Assembly (NCBI GenBank): GCA_043814095.1
Contig: JBDRKI010000102.1
Coordinates: forward strand, 1 to 64,000
Direction of reading: 5' to 3'
Length of the DNA: 64,000 bases
From: Armatimonadota bacterium
Lineage (GTDB): Bacteria > Vulcanimicrobiota > JACPDS01 > JBDRKI01
Part shown: piece after piece, positions 30,446-39,758 of the stretch
Numbering within the stretch: position 1 is the first letter of the stretch
How the letters are laid out: every line of letters starts with the position of its first letter
Position numbers and translations under genes: made by a program
The notes under the pieces: model-generated
The model's input: the letters and a program-made list of their open reading frames with translations, nothing else
Told to the model about the DNA's origin: nothing
Database searches by the model: none

Positions 30446-32062
30446 TTAATTACCTTTTAACGCGGCTCTTCTTCTTTTTTTATGCAGTTTTAGTGCAAAA
30501 CGGTGAGCTTCATCGCGTATATATCTTACTAAATTCAAGATTTTAGGATATTCAGACAGATCTATTGGATTTTTAAGGTGCGGCGCGTATATTAATTCCT
30601 CCCTCTTAGCTATGGATATTACATCCATATTTGAGATATTAAGTTTATTTATTATTTTAAGAGCAGTGCTTAACTGCCCCTTGCCGCCGTCAATTATTAA
30701 AAGATCGGGACGCCCTGTTTTATCTTTAAGGTTTCTTTCAAGCACTTCTTCAATCATGGCGTAATCATCCGGTGTTGTTTCCCCCTTTATTATATAATGC
30801 CTGTATAGTTTTTTATGCGGTTTTCCGCCTGCAAAACATATAACGGAACCCGCGGCAAATTTACCGGATATATTTGAAATATCAACGGCTTTAATCACGG
30901 CGGGCAGGTTATTTAATACCAGCAATTCTTTTAATTTTACAAGCGCTTCATGTCCGGATTCTGTTTCTTTAACCGATGACAGGATTTTTAATCCGGCATT
31001 TTTCTCCGCCAGAGCTACCAGAGCTTTATTTGTGCCCCTGTTTGCGGTGTATATAAGCAGTTTGTTTTCAAATTCTTCCCTGAAAAGGTTTTTATCTTCT
31101 TCCGTCAGTTTTATAGAAGTATAAATTTTTGCAGGCATAAATTCCGCGTCGGAATACATTTTTCTTATAAAATAAAGGATTGCATCGCTGTTTCTTAATC
31201 CCGGGGGAGGGGAGAATATAAAGTTTTTTTCCGCGATAAGCCTGCCTTCCCTTACCTGCAGTATGCTGACAGATGTCGTGCCTTCCTGTTTTGCCGTACC
31301 GATATAATCGGCATTTATTGTTGATTTAAAAAATACTTTCTGTTTCTCTGTTATATTCATTATGCGGTTTATTATATTCTGTAAGAGGGCGCAGCGTTCA
31401 AAATTAAGATTTTTGCTTTCTTTTTTCACCTCTTTCCGCAGAGCGTTTAAAACAGGGGAGGTGTTGCCGGCTAAAAAATTTACGGCTTTTTCAACATTGT
31501 AATTATAGTCTTTTTCTTTTATAAGGTTGAGGCACGGCGCCGAACATAGTTTAATATTGTTGTATAAACATCCTTTAATTCTTTTAGATGGCAGTTTTTC
31601 TTTACATGTTCTTATTGTAAATATTTTTCTTAATGTGTAGAATACTTTTCTTAATGCGCCTACATTTGTATAAGGGCCGAAATATGCGCTTTTAAGATTT
31701 GTAATGTTCCTGGTTATCCGTATATAAGGAAATCTTACATTTACGGCTATCTCTATGAAAGGGTATTTTTTATCGTCTTTGAGCTTTATATTATACCTTG
31801 GTTTGTGTTTTTTTATAAGATTGTATTCTAATATTAACGCTTCTTTTAAGGAATCTGTGGCGATATAATCAAAAGCTTTTATGTTTTCGGTAAGTTTCTG
31901 TGTTTTTAAGTCTTTCTGATGCTTAAAATAGGATGTTATGCGTTTTTTTAAAGAAGCGGAAGATCCCACATAGATTACTTTACCGCGGACATCCTTAAAT
32001 AAATAAACTCCGCTTAAAGCTGGCAGGTACTTTAATTTTTGCTTGATTTTTTTATTTATCAT
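30446..32062 (-). CDS. uvrC: Excinuclease UvrC lacking the C-terminal HhH2 domain
   Basis: GIY-YIG domain, KPRYN, Cys-rich region, UVR motif, DISN, IDGGKGQL, IRDEAHRFA, then stop. Confidence 0.9.
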   Translation of the reverse strand: MINKKIKQKLKYLPALSGVYLFKDVRGKVIYVGSSASLKKRITSYFKHQKDLKTQKLTENIKAFDYIATDSLKEALILEYNLIKKHKPRYNIKLKDDKKYPFIEIAVNVRFPYIRITRNITNLKSAYFGPYTNVGALRKVFYTLRKIFTIRTCKEKLPSKRIKGCLYNNIKLCSAPCLNLIKEKDYNYNVEKAVNFLAGNTSPVLNALRKEVKKESKNLNFERCALLQNIINRIMNITEKQKVFFKSTINADYIGTAKQEGTTSVSILQVREGRLIAEKNFIFSPPPGLRNSDAILYFIRKMYSDAEFMPAKIYTSIKLTEEDKNLFREEFENKLLIYTANRGTNKALVALAEKNAGLKILSSVKETESGHEALVKLKELLVLNNLPAVIKAVDISNISGKFAAGSVICFAGGKPHKKLYRHYIIKGETTPDDYAMIEEVLERNLKDKTGRPDLLIIDGGKGQLSTALKIINKLNISNMDVISIAKREELIYAPHLKNPIDLSEYPKILNLVRYIRDEAHRFALKLHKKRRRAALKGN

Positions 32063-33436
32063 TTAACCTAGATTGTAATTGTCTATCAAATAATAAACGG
32101 CTTCTATTAACTGGGCGTCATCATCTTTGCCGAGGTTGGTAGGATCCATTTTTACCGATATATTCGGTTTTATGCCTACGGAGTTTATATCTTTGCCGTC
32201 GGGAGTAAAATAATGCGCCACGGTATATTTAATGGCGCTGTTATCCCTGAATTCGTGGATTTGCTGGACAGACGCTTTACCGAAAGACTGCTCGCCGATT
32301 AACATGGCTTTTTTTGTGTCCTGGAGAGCTCCCGCTGTTATTTCCGAAGCGCTTGCGCTGTATTCATTAATAAGAATAACCACCGGAATATTAACACCGT
32401 TCCTGCCGTCTGAATAATAGTTTTCTCTTAAATTAGTGCGTTCGTTTATAACAGACACTACAAGCGAACCTCTCGGCAGGAATTTACTGCATACATCCTT
32501 GGCGGCGGTTATGTATCCTCCGCCGTTATTTCTGAGATCTAATATTAATGCCTGAGCTCCTTTTTCTTTTATTACTTCCAGTGCTTTATTGAATTCGTAA
32601 TCCGTATTCTCGCCGAAATACCGCAGTTTTATATATCCTATCTTTTTATTTATCAGCTTGGCCTGTGCGCTCTTTACGTGAATTTTTTCGCGTATAATAA
32701 CATATTTTTTTATCACGCCCTTGCGATCTACTGTTAAAACAACGGAAGACCCCATTTTTCCCCGTATTTTTTGCGCGGCCACCTCAATATCCATGCCCTT
32801 GGTCGGTTCGTCATTTATTTTCAAAATAATGTCCCCGCTTTTTAATCCGGCTTTATACGCGGGGGTGTTTTCTATGGGTTCAATAACGGTAAGCTGATTG
32901 TTATTTTTTTTGTCTGTCTGTATGTATATTCCGACCCCGCCGAAATTTCCCCCTGACATCTGTTCTTTTAATATTTTAAATTCGCCGGGAGTCATTAATA
33001 ATGTATAAGGATCATCATAAGGTGGCTTGGAAAGGATCTCCAGCATGCTGCTTATACACGCGTAAATAAATTTGGATTTATCAACAGACTCTTTATATTT
33101 ATCAAGCACGCTGTTGATTCTTTCGGAGAATATGTTCATGTTTTCCCGGGTATCATTCTGTTCGTTTAAAAGAGGTATCTCATCATCCTTAAGCTTTAAA
33201 ATCTCTTTAAGATATTTATTGCCTCCGCGTATTGCCTCATTTAAAAACTGATTGACATTGATGTCTTTTATGTAATCCGATTTCAGAAGTTTTACCGTGT
33301 ATAATATATCATTGGAATTTATTGAGCGGGCCTGAGCATGGACTTCATTGTACGCAAAATACGCGACAAACTGGAAAATAAGCAGAATAACCAGTACCAT
33401 GGATAATTTAAAGCTTAAAGAGTTATTTTTACGCAT
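32063..33436 (-). CDS. S41A C-terminal processing protease (PDZ)
   Basis: FGGVG PDZ, DLRNNGGG, SASASEI, FGKASVQ. Confidence 0.92.
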   Translation of the reverse strand: MRKNNSLSFKLSMVLVILLIFQFVAYFAYNEVHAQARSINSNDILYTVKLLKSDYIKDINVNQFLNEAIRGGNKYLKEILKLKDDEIPLLNEQNDTRENMNIFSERINSVLDKYKESVDKSKFIYACISSMLEILSKPPYDDPYTLLMTPGEFKILKEQMSGGNFGGVGIYIQTDKKNNNQLTVIEPIENTPAYKAGLKSGDIILKINDEPTKGMDIEVAAQKIRGKMGSSVVLTVDRKGVIKKYVIIREKIHVKSAQAKLINKKIGYIKLRYFGENTDYEFNKALEVIKEKGAQALILDLRNNGGGYITAAKDVCSKFLPRGSLVVSVINERTNLRENYYSDGRNGVNIPVVILINEYSASASEITAGALQDTKKAMLIGEQSFGKASVQQIHEFRDNSAIKYTVAHYFTPDGKDINSVGIKPNISVKMDPTNLGKDDDAQLIEAVYYLIDNYNLG

Positions 33437-33504
33437 ATTCCCGCTCCTTTTCAACTTTTATATTTAAATACTTTGATAAAGTAACTTAAAGTCCTTGCGG
33501 AACT

Positions 33505-34851
33505 TTATTTATTTTTCAAAGCAACAGGTTCTATCTGCTTTTTTAATATTTTTATGGTTTCTTCAAGCTGGACATCGTGTTCGTTTAATATGTCATCTTC
33601 GGTAAATTTAATAACTATATCGGGTTCAATACCTATTTTATTGATATTTTTGCCTTCCGGAGTGCAGTAATAAGCGGTTGTAAGTTTTATGGCTCCTCCG
33701 TCGGGGCTGGGTATTATTCTCTGAACAGATGCTTTGCCGAATGTTTTTTCGCCGATAAGCGGCACATTTTTGCTTTTTAAGGCGGCTGCTGTTATTTCTG
33801 AGGCGCTAGCACTGTATCTGTTTACCAGAATAGCCATGGGCAGAACTTTTCTGGGATTCGGCATGGATTTATATTCATCCCTGGAAACTTTACGGCCTTC
33901 TATTGATGTAATCAGGGTGTTTGTCGGGAGGAATTTACTGCAGACCGAGACAGCCGTTTCTATATAACCGCCGCCGTTATTCCGCAGATCAAGGATATAT
34001 CCTTTTATATCATTGCTGTCAAAATAATTCAGGGCTTCTTCAAGTTCATAGGAAGTATCTTCCCCGAAAATATCCAGTTTTATATACCCTATGCTATCAT
34101 CAATTATTTTATAGCTTGCGGATTTAATATGAATAAGCGCCCGGGTTAAGGTTGCGTCAAAAGTTTTATCTTCTTTTTTCCTGTAAACGGTTATGTTTAC
34201 CGTAGATCCGACTTTGCCCCGTAAGAGGTTCTGAGCTCCTTCTATTGAGATGCCTTCTATGGATTTTCCGTTAACTTTTGTAATTACATCTCCGGATGCA
34301 AGACCTGCCTTTTCCGCAGGAGTACCTTCAAGCGGCCTTACTACGGTTAAGGCGTTGTTATTATCCGGGTCAAGTTCAATAGCTACGCCTAAACCTCCGA
34401 AATTGCCGCCTTCCATCTGTTCAATAAGCAGTTTGTATTCTTTCGGCGTCATATATTTTGAAAACTGATCGCCTAAAGAATCAACGATACCGCTTATGAC
34501 CACATCCGTTATATCCTGATATTTTAAATCTTTGTTCTCGTTAACTGCCGTATTTATATATTCTTTTAAGATTTTGACCTGAGCTTCACTCCCTGTATTT
34601 TTATCTAAATCTTTTATGTACGAGTAATCTTTCTTATGGAGTGTAAGATATTTCTTAAGGGCGGATATGCCGTTGTTTATAAGTTCCAGCTGGTCTACTT
34701 CCGTAACATAATTATTTTTTACGATTTCTATCGTATAATTGATTGATTTAAAATTTTGATCCTGCGCGGAATATGTTATTCCACCGGAAAAAATTAACGC
34801 GACAAAAATAATTAAAAAGAAGGCGGCTGTTTTAGATGCTGTTTTATACAT
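33505..34851 (-). CDS. S41A C-terminal processing protease (PDZ), paralog
   Basis: FGGLG PDZ, DLRNNGGG, SASASEI, FGKASVQ. Confidence 0.92.
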   Translation of the reverse strand: MYKTASKTAAFFLIIFVALIFSGGITYSAQDQNFKSINYTIEIVKNNYVTEVDQLELINNGISALKKYLTLHKKDYSYIKDLDKNTGSEAQVKILKEYINTAVNENKDLKYQDITDVVISGIVDSLGDQFSKYMTPKEYKLLIEQMEGGNFGGLGVAIELDPDNNNALTVVRPLEGTPAEKAGLASGDVITKVNGKSIEGISIEGAQNLLRGKVGSTVNITVYRKKEDKTFDATLTRALIHIKSASYKIIDDSIGYIKLDIFGEDTSYELEEALNYFDSNDIKGYILDLRNNGGGYIETAVSVCSKFLPTNTLITSIEGRKVSRDEYKSMPNPRKVLPMAILVNRYSASASEITAAALKSKNVPLIGEKTFGKASVQRIIPSPDGGAIKLTTAYYCTPEGKNINKIGIEPDIVIKFTEDDILNEHDVQLEETIKILKKQIEPVALKNK

Positions 34852-35028
34852 AAATTATTCCTCTTTTCTTATTTCCCGACAAAATATTACTAATATATTT
34901 ATTAGTAGTATATTATACTTATTTATTTCCAATTTTATTCTAACATATAAATATAAAGTACAGTATAGTCCTTTAGACCTATTTTGAAGTAACTGAAAAA
35001 TTCTTAAAAATAAGAATTTCATTAAAAA

Positions 35029-36231
35029 TCACAATTTACTTCTCGGGTTAATAGGAGTGCCGTTCTGTCTTATTTCAAAGTGAAGGTGAGGCCCTGTGCT
35101 CTGGCCTGTGCTTCCTATATTAGCGATATGCTGGCCTCTTGCAACCCTCTGCCCGCATTTTTTATATAATGCCGAGCAGTGTCCGTAAAGGGTGGAGTAT
35201 CCGCCTCCGTGATCTATAATCATGGCATATCCGTATCCGCCGTACCAGCCTGAAAATATTACGACCCCGTCGCACGCGGCGTATATCGGAGCGCCGTATC
35301 CCGCCGCTATGTCAATACCCGAGTGAAATCTTACCCTGCCGTAAATTGGATGGGTTCTCCATCCGAAAGGGGATGTGATATATTTTGAGCTTGTGGGCCA
35401 TGAAAATTTCCCCGACGCGGCGTAAGGCGAAGTCACCTTATTCTTAATATTAGCTCTCTGGCGTTCCCTGATCAGCTGTTCAAGCTGGGCTTCCAGCTGT
35501 CTTGTGGAATGTTCAAGCTCTACGACATAATTCTGGACGGACCTTCTTTGCTGGGTTACTTCCCAGAGAAGATTTTTCCGCTGTCTTTCTATGCTTGTTA
35601 ATTCTTTTTCTTTGCTGTAAAGCTCGTGTTTAAGCGCTAATTTTTCTTTTATTACGGCTTCGTATCTTGCTTTTTGTTTGTTTTTCTCTTCCTGGACGTT
35701 CTGTATCCTTTTAAGAATGGCCGCTTCATTATTAATGATATCCCTTAGCTGTTCGGACCGGGTTAAAAAATCATTAAAGCTGGCGGAACCTAAAAGGATG
35801 GAAAGGTAGTCCACATCGCGTGTTTCATAAATATCGCGTATGCGCGTGCTTAATGAGAGCTCTTTCTGGTCTTCGGCCTGCTCAAGGTTTTCCAGCCTTT
35901 GTTTTACCTGTTCTAAAACACGCTTGTTTGCGTCAAGCTGTATTTTAACATGCTCTATATCTTTATTGACCCTGTTTAACCTGTACTGGGCGCTTGCGAG
36001 CTGGTCGGCAAGGAAATCTTCTCTTGAGTTTAATTTGCGCAGCTGCTGGCGTTTAATATCAAGGTATTTTTTCTTTTCTTTTATCTGCTGGTTTTTTTGT
36101 TTTATTTTACTCTCAATCGCGTCTTTCTTGCTCGCGGCGTAACAGAAGCAAAAAAGATTGACAAATATAAATGCTGAAAATATCAGCAAAAGTATGATTA
36201 TTTTTTTGTAATTAAATTTTGAATTCTTCAT
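35029..36231 (-). CDS. Coiled-coil M23 murein endopeptidase (FtsEX-associated)
   Basis: Signal peptide, long coiled coil, intact HSGID and GPHLHFE zinc motifs. Confidence 0.92.
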   Translation of the reverse strand: MKNSKFNYKKIIILLLIFSAFIFVNLFCFCYAASKKDAIESKIKQKNQQIKEKKKYLDIKRQQLRKLNSREDFLADQLASAQYRLNRVNKDIEHVKIQLDANKRVLEQVKQRLENLEQAEDQKELSLSTRIRDIYETRDVDYLSILLGSASFNDFLTRSEQLRDIINNEAAILKRIQNVQEEKNKQKARYEAVIKEKLALKHELYSKEKELTSIERQRKNLLWEVTQQRRSVQNYVVELEHSTRQLEAQLEQLIRERQRANIKNKVTSPYAASGKFSWPTSSKYITSPFGWRTHPIYGRVRFHSGIDIAAGYGAPIYAACDGVVIFSGWYGGYGYAMIIDHGGGYSTLYGHCSALYKKCGQRVARGQHIANIGSTGQSTGPHLHFEIRQNGTPINPRSKL

Positions 36232-36243
36232 AGTTACAATCGT

Positions 36244-37125
36244 TTACAGATGTAAAAATTTATTCACGGAAATAAAGCTGCCGATTGCTCCTACAATTAT
36301 TCCCACACAGGTAAGCACAATGGAAAGCTGTGTAATTATAATAGAGGAATGGATAAGCGGTATAAACGGCAGCTGCTGGTGGAACTGGTGGGCAAGCTCC
36401 GGATATGTCAGGGACATTATGACAATTGCTATAATTGCCCCTATAAATCCCTGGAGAATGCCTTCTATAATAAACGGCCACCTTATAAACCAGTTAGCGG
36501 CGCCTACCAGCTGCATTATCCTTATCTCCCTGCTTCTTGCAAAGACGGTTAATCTTATCGTATTACTTACAACAAGTACGTTAACGATAACAAGAAGCAG
36601 TATAATAAAAGAACCTGCGATCTTTATCGCTTTATCAAGCTTTATTATGTTTTCGGTGAAACCCTCACCGTAGTTAACTTTTTCCGTGCCCTGTATTTTT
36701 TCTATTAATAAAGCGGTATCCTTTATCTTGTCTTTATCCTTTACCTTGATTTTAAAATAGTTCGGCAGGGGATTATATTTTAAACTTACAAGGTTTACTT
36801 TCTGGACCAATCTTTCCTGGAGTTCAGAAAGCGCGTGATCTTTACTCACAAAGGAGATTGACGATATATTAGGGAGCCCTTTAAGTTCATTGCGTATTCT
36901 TGTTATATCCGCGGGGGTTACTTGTTTATCAAGCCTTACGGTTATCTCCAGCTGTTCTAAGACAGTTGTGGTTAAAAGACTGTTTAGATTCCATATGAGG
37001 ATTAAAAACACACCCAGACTTATAAGCAGTATAAGGATATTGGATATACACGCAAGGTTCATAAGGGGGTTTCTCTGCATGTTCAGCTTTACTTCTCTGA
37101 AAAAATAATTTGCTCCGTAACTCAT
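36244..37125 (-). CDS. ftsX: Cell division permease FtsX
   Basis: NPLP, NTIRLTVFARSREIRIMQLVGA, FIRWPFIIEG. Confidence 0.95.
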   Translation of the reverse strand: MSYGANYFFREVKLNMQRNPLMNLACISNILILLISLGVFLILIWNLNSLLTTTVLEQLEITVRLDKQVTPADITRIRNELKGLPNISSISFVSKDHALSELQERLVQKVNLVSLKYNPLPNYFKIKVKDKDKIKDTALLIEKIQGTEKVNYGEGFTENIIKLDKAIKIAGSFIILLLVIVNVLVVSNTIRLTVFARSREIRIMQLVGAANWFIRWPFIIEGILQGFIGAIIAIVIMSLTYPELAHQFHQQLPFIPLIHSSIIITQLSIVLTCVGIIVGAIGSFISVNKFLHL

Positions 37126-37130
37126 AACAC

Positions 37131-37868
37131 CTACTCAAATATTAATTTTAGATTTTCATATTTATTGTTTGCTTTAGGATCAAATCCTTCCGTTGAATAA
37201 GAACTTCTCTCCTGGTCATCGGTAATTCTGCCAGAAGTTATCGTTACTACTCTTTTTTTCATGAAATCAACAATATCACGGTCATGCGTTGCAATTAATA
37301 CAGTTGTTCCTTTTGAGTTTATCCTCTCAAGCAGCATTATAATCTCGCGGGAGGTTACCGGATCAAGATTTCCCGTCGGCTCGTCCGCGATCAGTATAAG
37401 GGGGTGGTTAACAAGCGCCCTTGCTATTGATATGCGCTGGCTCTCCCCTCCGGAAAGCTCGGTAGGGAATGCTTTATGTTTATCACTTAACCCCACAAGG
37501 TCAAGAGTATGCCTTACAGCCTTATCAATCTGGAATTTAGGAGTACCTATAACCTCAAGCGCGTAAGCCACATTCTCATAAACGGTTTTTTGCGGGAGAA
37601 GTTTAAAATCCTGGAATACAACACCTATGCTTCTTCTTAAGTAAGGCACCCTGTTTTTCTTTAAGGTAACTACATCCTGGTTGTTCACATATATATGGCC
37701 TGATGTGGGAAGCATATCCCTGTAGATAAGCTTAAGGATGGATGATTTTCCCGCGGCAGTTGAGCCCACTATAAAAACAAACTCTCCCTTGTCAACGGAG
37801 AAGCTAATGTCTTCAAGCGCTTTTACGCCGTTAGGGTATATAAGGTTTACATTCTCAAAGCGGATCAT
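37131..37868 (-). CDS. ftsE: Cell division ATP-binding protein FtsE
   Basis: VPYLRRSIGVVFQDFKLL, LSGGE, ADEPTGNLDP. Confidence 0.95.
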   Translation of the reverse strand: MIRFENVNLIYPNGVKALEDISFSVDKGEFVFIVGSTAAGKSSILKLIYRDMLPTSGHIYVNNQDVVTLKKNRVPYLRRSIGVVFQDFKLLPQKTVYENVAYALEVIGTPKFQIDKAVRHTLDLVGLSDKHKAFPTELSGGESQRISIARALVNHPLILIADEPTGNLDPVTSREIIMLLERINSKGTTVLIATHDRDIVDFMKKRVVTITSGRITDDQERSSYSTEGFDPKANNKYENLKLIFE

Positions 37869-37897
37869 AATATTTTACCTTTCATTTATATATTATA

Positions 37898-38992
37898 TCA
37901 TTTTAACAAGTCCATAACAATTTCATTGTTTTTACAGGCTTTCTTTTTCAATGAAGATACATTTTCCTTTAAATTTTTCTTAACCTGTTCATTATTCTTC
38001 AATAAGTAATCAAATTTTTCATCCATTAAATTCAGTTCCATTCTCTTTATATCCACACTGGGCAGGTTCATAAGTTCAAAAAAGCTCTTAACCTTGGGAT
38101 CATATATAATTCCCAAAGAAGGGATACTGTTAACCGCACCCATTATTGCCGCATGGAGTCTCATTGCAGCCATATAATTAAAATTAGAAATTAAACTTAA
38201 TAACTGCAAAGTAGATAATTTCTCATTTATCACAATTGCGTCAAAGACAAGTTTTTCTTTAAGTTTTAAGCACTGTTCAAGATCAGTACTTAACTGGAAG
38301 GGCAGTAAGTACTGTTTTATATCCGGATATTTTTTATTGATATTATTCAAAAAAGAAGCAAGTTTATCCAGATAATCAACACCCCAGGGCCTTACGGCTA
38401 TACCCAGGTTAACATTATCTTTATTTATATCATACTTACTTAAAATGTTAGTTATATCTGTTTGTCCTTCAAGCATAAGCACAGGATCCGCGGTAACTTC
38501 TATTAACTTTTCATTTAGTCCCAGGTTTAATAAAAGCTCCTTAGAAGCTTCATCCCTTACCGTGATATAATCAACCCTGTTTAAGGTTTCAGATGTAAGT
38601 TTTTTGCCTTCATCAGTATCAACAGGGCCTATGCCCTGAGCGTATACCATAACTTTTTTCCTGAAAAGCTTGGCAAGATTTATCAGGTTTAAATAATATC
38701 TTATGCTTCTTACGCTTGTTATATCCTGTATTAAGCCCCCGCCTCCGCTTATAAACAATGTTGTAGTAAACATGGCTTTTAATATTGAAAAATAATTCTT
38801 CCTGTTAACAAAATTTACATTATAATCAGATAATTCATCTATCTTACCGTTAGATAATACGGATATACCCGCTTCAGGCATGAGTTTCCTGAATGAAGTT
38901 ACCATACTATATAATATGGCTTCATCACCTGCATTACCGAACCCGTAAAATCCCGATATTAATATATTCTTATTTTTATAAGTATTATCCAT
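37898..38992 (-). CDS. csaB: Polysaccharide pyruvyl transferase CsaB
   Basis: SGFYGFGNAGDEA, GGGGLIQD, QGIGP, TVRD, TADP, MRLH, YDPKV. Confidence 0.92.
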   Translation of the reverse strand: MDNTYKNKNILISGFYGFGNAGDEAILYSMVTSFRKLMPEAGISVLSNGKIDELSDYNVNFVNRKNYFSILKAMFTTTLFISGGGGLIQDITSVRSIRYYLNLINLAKLFRKKVMVYAQGIGPVDTDEGKKLTSETLNRVDYITVRDEASKELLLNLGLNEKLIEVTADPVLMLEGQTDITNILSKYDINKDNVNLGIAVRPWGVDYLDKLASFLNNINKKYPDIKQYLLPFQLSTDLEQCLKLKEKLVFDAIVINEKLSTLQLLSLISNFNYMAAMRLHAAIMGAVNSIPSLGIIYDPKVKSFFELMNLPSVDIKRMELNLMDEKFDYLLKNNEQVKKNLKENVSSLKKKACKNNEIVMDLLK

Positions 38993-39113
38993 AATTTAAG
39001 AGAATTCTATAAAAAACAGAGTTACCCTTCCTTGCCTTGCGGGCTTGACCTTATGACTCATAAATGATACACTAATAGTGGGACATATATGCATCACTAG
39101 GAGGTTTGTAAAT

Positions 39114-39377
39114 ATGGCTGTCAGGAAAAATAGAATTCCCGTAACATTAGAATCTGTATTATATGAATGGATATTAAGTGAAGCCAAGAGACAGGGTATT
39201 TCCATTTCCCAGGCAATTAGAGATGCCGTAAAGCTTGCATATGAATGGTCTGCCACATTTGAAGTGCTTTCAAGCGAAGAACTTACATTACAGCTCCAGC
39301 AGAGCGGCAAAGGTTCTGCAAAACATTATGTGCCTTTTGATGAGGTAAAGCGTGATGTATACCGCCGTTCTAAGTAA
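39114..39377 (+). CDS. Antitoxin (RHH/CopG-like)
   Basis: IPVTLE...AKRQGISISQAIRDAV; overlaps a RelE gene; promoter TTGACC(39045)-17-TACACT with the near-palindrome ttatgactcataa. Confidence 0.75.
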   Translation: MAVRKNRIPVTLESVLYEWILSEAKRQGISISQAIRDAVKLAYEWSATFEVLSSEELTLQLQQSGKGSAKHYVPFDEVKRDVYRRSK

Positions 39378-39612
39378 GCCGTCTGCAAAATATTTGGAAA
39401 ATTTGCCGTTAAAGCAGGCTGAATTAATAATTGATAAGGTTGAAGATCTGCGGAGGGAACCTTTTCAAAATTCAATTTCTCTACAGGGACCCTTAAGAGA
39501 TTTAAGAAGATCAAAAGCTGGAAAATTCAGGATAATATTTGAATTGGTTGAAAGTAAAAAAGAAATAATAATAAAAGCTATCGGACCAAGAGGCGACATA
39601 TATAAAAGATAA
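39355..39612 (+). CDS. relE: RelE/ParE family toxin
   Basis: LSKPSAKYL...RRSKAGKFRIIF...IGPRGDIYK. Confidence 0.88.
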   Translation: MYTAVLSKPSAKYLENLPLKQAELIIDKVEDLRREPFQNSISLQGPLRDLRRSKAGKFRIIFELVESKKEIIIKAIGPRGDIYKR

Positions 39613-39631
39613 ATAATAAATATTGAGGATT

Positions 39632-39669
39632 ATATAGAAACACCCGGATAATTCCGGGTGTTTCTATAT
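39632..39669 (+). terminator. Terminator hairpin after the TA pair
   Basis: atatagaaacacccgga-taat-tccgggtgtttctatat. Confidence 0.75.
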
Positions 39670-39758
39670 TTATTATCATATAAAAGGGAAGAGAAAAGAA
39701 CTATAGAAATATCAGGTAGCAAATGGTAGAATTAATATAAAATATATTTGGAGATGTT

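Noticed and set aside
39020-39055. SRP RNA-like ggtcaagcccgcaagg on the - strand
   Set aside because: It lacks the conserved SRP domain IV loop and long stem, and is explained by overlapping csaB and TA promoters.
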